From contig JAHLWH010000202.1 of assembly GCA_019058015.1 (NCBI GenBank), positions 1 to 10,546 of the forward strand: a stretch of 10,546 nucleotides of DNA, read 5' to 3'. The position numbers and the translations under genes are program-made. Under the pieces are notes generated by a model that was not told the DNA's origin, searched no databases, and worked only from the letters and a program-made list of their open reading frames with translations. This document shows, in pieces, positions 8,301 through 10,546 of this stretch; positions within the stretch are counted from its first letter, which is position 1, and each line of letters opens with the position of its first letter. This DNA is from Promethearchaeota archaeon (GTDB taxonomy: Archaea; Asgardarchaeota; Lokiarchaeia; Sigyniarchaeales; SOKP01).

Positions 8301-8608
8301 GCTTGAGCGATAACAGGTTCGGCAAAGGGATTAATATTATGGGTCACTTTCCCATTTTGAGATATCCTTTTTGTTTCTATAATAAAAATTGTTCGGTCTC
8401 CAGATTTTAATACAGCAATATCAGCTTTTTTTGTAGAATCCTCACTTATAGGCCATTCAGTTTCAATTGATTTAAATTCTACATTATCTATAATTAATGT
8501 TTCTGACTTACTTAAATCAATTTGAGTTTGCATATAATGTGCTGTATCAAATTTAACCTTTTCTTCCCGTTCAGCTCTTCTTTGTATTAAACTCTTTTTT
8601 TTTGTCAT
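5396..8608 (-). CDS. Type IIG restriction-modification enzyme (fused PD-(D/E)xK endonuclease, N6-adenine methyltransferase and target-recognition domain)
   Basis: N-terminal KADIAV...IIETKR...QAKEYA...ATFNGKYF nuclease motif. MTase motif X GQYYTP, motif I IFDPACGSGGFL and motif IV NPPY in gamma-class order. Long C-terminal specificity region. Confidence 0.92.
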   Translation of the reverse strand: MTKKKSLIQRRAEREEKVKFDTAHYMQTQIDLSKSETLIIDNVEFKSIETEWPISEDSTKKADIAVLKSGDRTIFIIETKRISQNGKVTHNINPFAEPVIAQAKEYAKELKTEYYATFNGKYFVVFKIINVEDSIDEPILSLEVFDLKKFASRLLNLIAKIIKNKIKPIIEEDLYSHQLKSFLDLIYPQYYESLKKKIINMGKTSQFYRKLKEHMKALGRNIDNEKDLAKMAKEAAYILIDKILFYQLLSKTKGYSLKSLQKIAHLPNFSVELRFLFQSIVDQINFKPIFSSGELFSSDINKEIKIVSDYNNIFDVPLEDFQEDIIEFIASLQNINLNKFDAIQLGFFFEKIIPIEERRELGQYYTPKPIIELINRLTIKNHESIIFDPACGSGGFLVGAYNVIKRLKTENSIPTNHIKLLEQIKGNDINRFPTHLSAIALAIQEIKLLTHQVEILNEDFFKITRSQQKLITRISTSNGEISDDRTIFPEGVDVIVMNPPYLRQEKINRDLVSKHLNSNDLKSILKNKTQPILKMDGRSDIYCYFITHAWQFLKNNGKIGTIISNRWLDTKYGEKFQKILLRLFKIKAIISFDRQSFEDPLIGSVIIILEKCQNKKDRENNLVKFLRIKEKKSVNEILNILDNTNISNDIDNEEIRLYFISQKILKNVFKWSIFLFFNFELISFLSYNKRMTEITKYTEINMGIKSGANEFFFRKYDELPEYLRNYFTPLIISLGQVNRIQFNESKPQWGILNLRNLIEPIINKWNNIHNKYLKQGKMITKYQYFMAFFKQKHQDLYKYIKDGEMKKLHKRTSVKSRPIWFYLKDIYPHEIYLSTFYWRIFINPIKTNIEYSIGNQLLYVKLKNEKYIKLMAAWLNSNLIVFFIEILSRKAKGERLDRLQLRVYEAKLLPCPDFDKMIKKEVIEIERKWDELLIIDAKVNFRLKNLDNNLSKKQFRIQRRWFIKKYKLDMLFLKFLFPIELFKKRELINRNEQNEYLKKCHIFYAKLWKELCNKYTNDEYENFIFELLKIILNSNKRMLNLREKGGGEQRESLLKIERTPIEGADYYDTI

Positions 8609-8811
8609 GGATTAAAGTTTTTTTAAGCTGGATATGAAATATAATTAATATTTTAATACATTATTTATAAGAATAATTTTCATTAATAAATTATGTTAAA
8701 AAATCTAAACATACGCTACATTAAAATCTTAAGGAAATCGATTTTTTATCAAAGAACCCATCTCTATACATTTTATAGAAATTTTTGAATTTATAATATT
8801 TCATATTCTCA

Positions 8812-8854
8812 TTTCCTACATTTGTAATAAGATAGAGAATACAAATGTAGGAAA
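8812..8854. repeat. Perfect 15-bp inverted repeat with a 13-bp spacer
   Basis: TTTCCTACATTTGTA (8812-8826) and TACAAATGTAGGAAA (8840-8854). Confidence 0.9.
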
Positions 8855-8912
8855 ATCTCCATCTAGTAAGTAGACCATAATAATTTAATTAATTCATGCA
8901 ACTTAGTGATAA

Positions 8913-9788
8913 TACTTCATTATAGTTAAATTTGGTAATGAGTATGAAGCGGGAATTAAATTAAGAAATACTCGAAACGGAAAGATAATTAATAATAATT
9001 GTTCAGGAAATAATGGCGTGGGTATAATGTTATCAGATGGCTGTAATTATAATACAATCTTAAGGAATAATGTATCCAATAATGGACAGCACGGAATATT
9101 ATTATATAATGATTGCCATAACAATTTACTACTACGAAATAATATAAGCGTAAATGATTTTTGTGGAATAAATTTAATTAAAGACTGTAATTATAATTCC
9201 ATTTCAGAGAATAATATTAGTGAAAATGATAATGGTATCATGATTTTCGATGGATGTTTGGAGAATGCCTTTTTAGGCAATAGAGTTGAAAATAATAATA
9301 ACTCTGGAATTGAGGTAAATCATTTTTGTAATTATAATAATTTTTCAAGAAATATTATTCAAAATAGCGGTGAATACGGAATTAATATTACATCAAATTG
9401 CAGTTATAATCTCGTGTATAATAATTCTATTAGAAGAAATTTAAAAAACGCGATTGATGATGGAATTAATAATCATTGGAATAGTTCGCTGATTGGTAAT
9501 TATTGGAGTAATTATTTAGGCATAGACTGGGACGACAATGGTATCGGAGATACCCCTTTCGAGATTTGGGGCTCAGCCGAGAGTAAGGATTTTCTGCCAA
9601 TTTGGGATGATGGCTATAAAACACCATTATTTATCTGTTTAATTATAATTAGCTTAATAACATTGGGAGTAGGTGGAATTACAATATTTGTTTTATTTAA
9701 GAAAAGAATAATTAAGGATGAGGAAATAACCTATGTGGGTATACTTCTAATAATTCTTATCTTGTTTTTTCTGATGAGTATTATTTAG
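8913..9788 (+). CDS. NosD-like right-handed parallel beta-helix surface protein with C-terminal TM anchors; 5'-truncated, possibly a pseudogene
   Basis: Repeated GIxL...NxIxxNxIxxN turns, the GNYWSNYLGIDWDDNGIGDTPF motif and two TM helices. The frame is open from 8913 (YFIIVKFGNEYEAGIKL...) with no start or signal peptide before GTG 9018. Confidence 0.8.
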   Translation, partial: YFIIVKFGNEYEAGIKLRNTRNGKIINNNCSGNNGVGIMLSDGCNYNTILRNNVSNNGQHGILLYNDCHNNLLLRNNISVNDFCGINLIKDCNYNSISENNISENDNGIMIFDGCLENAFLGNRVENNNNSGIEVNHFCNYNNFSRNIIQNSGEYGINITSNCSYNLVYNNSIRRNLKNAIDDGINNHWNSSLIGNYWSNYLGIDWDDNGIGDTPFEIWGSAESKDFLPIWDDGYKTPLFICLIIISLITLGVGGITIFVLFKKRIIKDEEITYVGILLIILILFFLMSII

Positions 9789-9966
9789 CTTATTATTGAA
9801 AAGAAAATTTTACAATTATCTCTAAAGAGTAATTTATTTTTTGATTTACAATTTAATTATTTTCCTTACTCATACGTTATATATGCAAAGACACTTGCTG
9901 TAATATTATACATGTATTGTGTATTTTGATAGATATATTTAAAGACAAAATTTGGAAGGAAAGGAT

Positions 9967-9981
9967 GAAAATATTTATATT
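9967..9981 (+). promoter_or_regulatory. Putative BRE/TATA promoter for the beta-propeller gene
   Basis: GAAAATA-TTTATAT, with TTTATA at 9974-9979, ~70 nt upstream of ATG 10049. Confidence 0.35.
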
Positions 9982-10048
9982 TGTGGTTGTTTTAAGATTA
10001 GAATTAGACATAAACAATGCAATAAAAAATAAGACAAAAGTGAATTAA

Positions 10049-10546
10049 ATGAAAAATCGAAAAATCTTTATGCTGTTTCTATTTGTTTTCATTTTGAATT
10101 TTAACTTCTTTTTAGCCCAATTGTCTGCAAATGCCTTAGAAACAGTTGAATGGACTGTTATGTGGGGTGGAGTTGATAATGAATATTTAGAAGCAATGAC
10201 AATTGATCCTTCCAATAACATCTATCTTGCAGGAAGCACAGCAAGCTTCACATTTGGGGAGAGAGATATGTGTTTAATCAAATATAATGATTCGGGAGTT
10301 CTGCAATGGAACCGTACTTGGGGTGGGAGTCAATTTGATTACGGAGAAGGTATTGAGATCGATTCTTTGGGAAATGTGTATCTATTGGGAACCACACTTA
10401 GTTTTGGAGCGTGGATGGGTGATGTAGCACTCTTAAAATACGTTAATTTTGGAACTTTACAATGGAATAAGACTTGGGGTGGAGATGTGGAAGATTATGC
10501 GAGAGGAATTGCAATAGATTCATTAGATAATATATATATTGCAGGA
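10049..10546 (+). CDS. Secreted SBBP-type beta-propeller repeat protein (partial, runs off the window)
   Basis: Signal peptide MKNRKIFMLFLFVFILNFNFFLAQLSANA, then ~50-aa repeats of WNxTWGG..D.G.GIxIDSxxNIYxxGxTxSFG...D..LxKY. Confidence 0.9.
   Translation, partial: MKNRKIFMLFLFVFILNFNFFLAQLSANALETVEWTVMWGGVDNEYLEAMTIDPSNNIYLAGSTASFTFGERDMCLIKYNDSGVLQWNRTWGGSQFDYGEGIEIDSLGNVYLLGTTLSFGAWMGDVALLKYVNFGTLQWNKTWGGDVEDYARGIAIDSLDNIYIAG

Larger units (their letters stand above)
1..8900. mobile_element. Probable right-hand part of an integrated element or defence island
   Basis: Dense tiny ORFs of mixed orientation, gene remnants, TIR and RM cargo, ending at an inverted repeat and a truncated host-type gene. 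No integrase, transposase or capsid gene lies in the window. Confidence 0.45.

Noticed and set aside
8674-8701. dif-like site (TTATGTTAAA resembles a XerD arm)
   Set aside because: There is no matching left arm at 6-bp spacing, so an AT-rich chance match is likely.
1-10546. CRISPR array, tRNA or rRNA
   Set aside because: No regularly spaced direct repeats, cloverleaf or rRNA signatures were seen.

Overview
AT-rich window, most consistent with an Asgard archaeon (Lokiarchaeia-like). This is inferred from the NosD/beta-helix and SBBP beta-propeller surface-protein genes at the right end, the small zinc-finger proteins and the TATA-type promoters. Bases ~1-8900 look like an accessory or integrated element. 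It carries the 3' end of an upstream gene and a GC-rich (~47%), multi-hairpin, possibly pseudoknotted ~270-nt candidate ncRNA with its own TATA box and oligo-T terminator. It also holds a cluster of tiny ORFs (two zinc fingers, membrane proteins, a degraded gene) and defence cargo. That cargo is a TIR-like nucleotide-binding protein whose C-terminal domain appears split off by a -1 frameshift, a remnant of an HNH nuclease, and a 1070-aa Type IIG restriction-modification enzyme. A perfect 15-bp inverted repeat and a 5'-truncated NosD-family gene mark the probable right boundary. Family calls come from motif recognition by eye; no searches were run.
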